Below are positions 61,578 to 64,000 of a stretch of DNA of 64,000 bases, one piece after another. The position numbers were made by a program, and so were the translations under genes. This stretch comes from Candidatus Bathyarchaeia archaeon (GTDB lineage Archaea; Thermoproteota; Bathyarchaeia; Bathyarchaeales; Bathycorpusculaceae). How positions within the stretch are numbered: position 1 is the first letter of the stretch; every line of letters starts with the position of its first letter. The stretch covers positions 96,001 to 160,000 of the forward strand of contig JBEKHN010000001.1 in NCBI GenBank assembly GCA_050012255.1, given 5' to 3'. The notes under the pieces were generated by a model. It was not told the origin of the DNA. It searched no databases and saw nothing but the letters and a program-made list of their open reading frames with translations.

Positions 61578-62837
61578 ATGTCTGTGAATCCATCTGGAGA
61601 TATCGCGTGGGTAACGATTTCCACTGCGCTTGTCATGCTCATGACGCCTGCTCTCGGATTCTTTTACGGAGGACTTGTTAGAAGAAAGAACATTGCCTAC
61701 ACGATAGCGCAATGTTTTGCAATTTTTGCCGTCGTGAGCTTGGTCTGGGCTCTCTGGGGCTACAGCCTTGCCTTCGGTCCCTCTAATAATGGATACATCG
61801 GAAACCTGGACAAAGTGTTGTTGAACAACGTAGGTGTGACGACAGTTCTTCCCGTGCAGTATAATGCGCCAGGAATCACAGAACTGCTCTACTTTGCTTT
61901 TGAAATGATGTTCGCAGCTATCACACCAGCCTTGATTGTGGGAGCATTCGCAGAAAGAATCAAGTTTCGTTCATTGCTTATCTTCATCGTACTCTGGTCA
62001 ACCTTCGTCTATGCTCCAATCGCACATTGGGTCTGGAGTCCTAATGGCTGGCTGGGGATCAAAGGGTTGGGAGCTATCGACTTTGCGGGAGGCACAGTCG
62101 TGCACGTATCGGCTGGACTGTCTGCATTTGCCGCAGCGATCGTTGTGGGCCCGAGAATGAATCGCGAGAAAATAGAGTCAAAACCGAGCAACGTTCCATT
62201 TGTGATTTTGGGAGCAGCATTGCTTTGGTTCGGATGGTTCGGTTTCAATGCAGGCAGTGCCCTGCAAGCAAACGCGCTTGCGGTAAGCGCCTTTGTCGTG
62301 ACCAACTTGTCAGCGGCAGCTGCAACAGTCAGCTGGATGGCCATGGACACGCTGATCAAGGGCAAGCCTTCTGCAACGGGCATTGCAATCGGCGCGGTCG
62401 TTGGACTCGTGGCAATCACTCCAGCTTCGGGTTATGTCACTCCGACTTCTGCCATCATCATAGGTTTGATTGCAGGTGTTCTGTCCAATTTGGTTTCGAC
62501 ATGGCGAGTTCGCACACGTTTAGACGATACTTTGGACGTTTTTGCATGCCACGGAGTTGGTGGAATATGGGGCTCAATAGCTACAGGATTGTTTGCAACA
62601 ACCGCAGTGAATTCTACTGGCGCGAATGGACTATTCTATGGAAACCCGAACCAACTCCTCGTCCAGAGCGAGGCGGTCTTGGTGGTCATTGCTTTTGCCT
62701 TCGTTGTGACGTTTGTACTTCTGAAAATCGTCAACGTGTTCTCTAAGCTGAGAGTGACACCAGAAGAAGAAGAAAAGGGACTTGACCTAAGCGAATGCGG
62801 AGAAGAAGCCTACAATCCATCAGACACAGCTTCGTAA
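61578..62837 (+). CDS. amt: ammonium transporter
   Basis: DFAGGTVVH, WFGWFGFNAGS, DDTLDVFACHG. Confidence 0.96.
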   Translation: MSVNPSGDIAWVTISTALVMLMTPALGFFYGGLVRRKNIAYTIAQCFAIFAVVSLVWALWGYSLAFGPSNNGYIGNLDKVLLNNVGVTTVLPVQYNAPGITELLYFAFEMMFAAITPALIVGAFAERIKFRSLLIFIVLWSTFVYAPIAHWVWSPNGWLGIKGLGAIDFAGGTVVHVSAGLSAFAAAIVVGPRMNREKIESKPSNVPFVILGAALLWFGWFGFNAGSALQANALAVSAFVVTNLSAAAATVSWMAMDTLIKGKPSATGIAIGAVVGLVAITPASGYVTPTSAIIIGLIAGVLSNLVSTWRVRTRLDDTLDVFACHGVGGIWGSIATGLFATTAVNSTGANGLFYGNPNQLLVQSEAVLVVIAFAFVVTFVLLKIVNVFSKLRVTPEEEEKGLDLSECGEEAYNPSDTAS

Positions 62838-62947
62838 ACAATTCTATTTTTCTGATGCGCCCGCACTCACTATTTCTAGCCGGCTAGAAACTGTTCTCCA
62901 GATTTAAATGGTTCTCTGGCCCGGTTCGCCGCTCTCCCATATCGGCC

Positions 62948-63373
62948 TTAGAGTGGAGAGCTAGTTAGGGCCCCCCAGATTTCCTCAGTCAGGGTTTTCT
63001 TGGACAGTTGGGACAGAAAATCCGACGCAACTATAATTCCTGCCAATGCTCCATCCTCCACGACTGGGAGCCGTCTTATCTTTTGTTCGCACATGATTCT
63101 AGCAGCATCCTTCAGAGGCGTGTGAGCATCAACCGTCTTGAGAGGCGAGGACATAACCTGCGAAACCAGAGTAGTGCAAGGCAGGTTTTCCGCCGCGACT
63201 CTCGTGATAAAGTCTTTCTCGGTCACTATGCCAACGGCGATATTTCCCTCCATAACGACCAAGCTGCTCCGACCACAATCTCTCATAAGCTTCGCAGCTT
63301 CTAGAACCGTTTGCTGCGAACCTATCTTAACGACAGGCCTCATCATCTCTTTAACGACGCGCATAATCTTCAA
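62948..63373 (-). CDS. CBS-pair protein
   Basis: VGIVTEKD, MSSPL, IRRLPVV. Confidence 0.9.
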   Translation of the reverse strand: MKIMRVVKEMMRPVVKIGSQQTVLEAAKLMRDCGRSSLVVMEGNIAVGIVTEKDFITRVAAENLPCTTLVSQVMSSPLKTVDAHTPLKDAARIMCEQKIRRLPVVEDGALAGIIVASDFLSQLSKKTLTEEIWGALTSSPL

Positions 63374-63523
63374 AACAGATCATCCGCGAGAAGCAATTAA
63401 ATCTTGCTAGTATACGTATCAGCGCGCTGCCTTGTCCCTTTATTATGCGTGCCCACTTGAACAGCCACGTAGCTCCGGATCCAACGTGAACAGCCTCACC
63501 GTTTTCAACAATGCTCGCCAACT

Positions 63524-63570
63524 GTATATGCAAAACGTATATGCAAAACGTATATGCAAAATGTATATGC
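63524..63570. repeat. 13-bp tandem repeat GTATATGCAAAAC, ~3.6 copies
   Basis: Read directly from the sequence. Confidence 0.9.
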
Positions 63571-63718
63571 TCTTACGCGCGCGCTATCAGCGAATCTAGG
63601 CACAAGCCAGCACGCTATCCTTTTGCCCTGAAAAGCACGTTGTAGCACGACAGTCACACACTTTTATGTCTTCGAAACTCTAATATCCAAAGCACAAGAA
63701 GTAAAATAGTGTGATCAT

Positions 63719-64000
63719 ATGCCTCGAAAAATCATTCTCGCAACGATCTTCGTGCTTCTCATCGGAATATCTGCGGCTTCAGTCAGGATTCAAACGGCGA
63801 GAGCGGCGACGACAGTGAACATCACACTTTACGGTTCAGCAGGCGGATATTACTTAACACCCCCGATTGGCTGGGGTTTAACTACCTCAAACATAACCAG
63901 TCCAGGACCAACAATAACCATTGACCAATACGATTACCTCAACCTGACCTTGTACAGCCAAGACGGTCTCACACACCGATTTTTCCTCGATTACAACAAC
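63719..64000 (+). CDS. secreted cupredoxin-like protein, 3' end beyond window
   Basis: Signal peptide MPRKIILATIFVLLIG..., SPGPTITI, DGLTH. Confidence 0.6.
   Translation, partial: MPRKIILATIFVLLIGISAASVRIQTARAATTVNITLYGSAGGYYLTPPIGWGLTTSNITSPGPTITIDQYDYLNLTLYSQDGLTHRFFLDYNN

Overview
Archaeal chromosomal window, most consistent with Bathyarchaeia (inferred from gene content and order). It has four parts. (1) 1-10.9 kb: a Wood-Ljungdahl ACDS operon (cdhA-B-C-D, cdhD cut by the window edge), two CooC-type ATPases, a DUF166-like gene and an ADP-forming acyl-CoA synthetase-GNAT fusion. (2) About 11.36-20.70 kb: an accessory island bracketed by an 11-bp direct repeat. It carries a tRNA 3' fragment, a ~120-bp duplication, at least seven 27-28-bp palindromes whose arms resemble tRNA T-arms, many GCGCGC runs, pseudogenes and cassette-like genes (P2-type ATPase, CDF, NERD, Lant_dehydr_C-like, HEPN-like). 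(3) 20.7-34.1 kb: two divergent HdrABC-MvhD clusters, one with split HdrA and one with fused HdrA plus MvhGA [NiFe]-hydrogenase and a maturation protease. (4) 34.7-64 kb: housekeeping genes, including the conserved csl4-rpoL-tfs-pcn-priL-priS-GINS-rpl44e-rps27e-eif2a-nop10 string. This string is interrupted by glycosylation, methyltransferase and sortase insertions and a 300-bp inverted-repeat element. No rRNA, intact tRNA, CRISPR array, integrase or transposase was found. The best candidate for an undescribed system is the T-arm-palindrome/GCGCGC-marked cassette region. Its function is inferred only, because no recombinase is encoded in the window.
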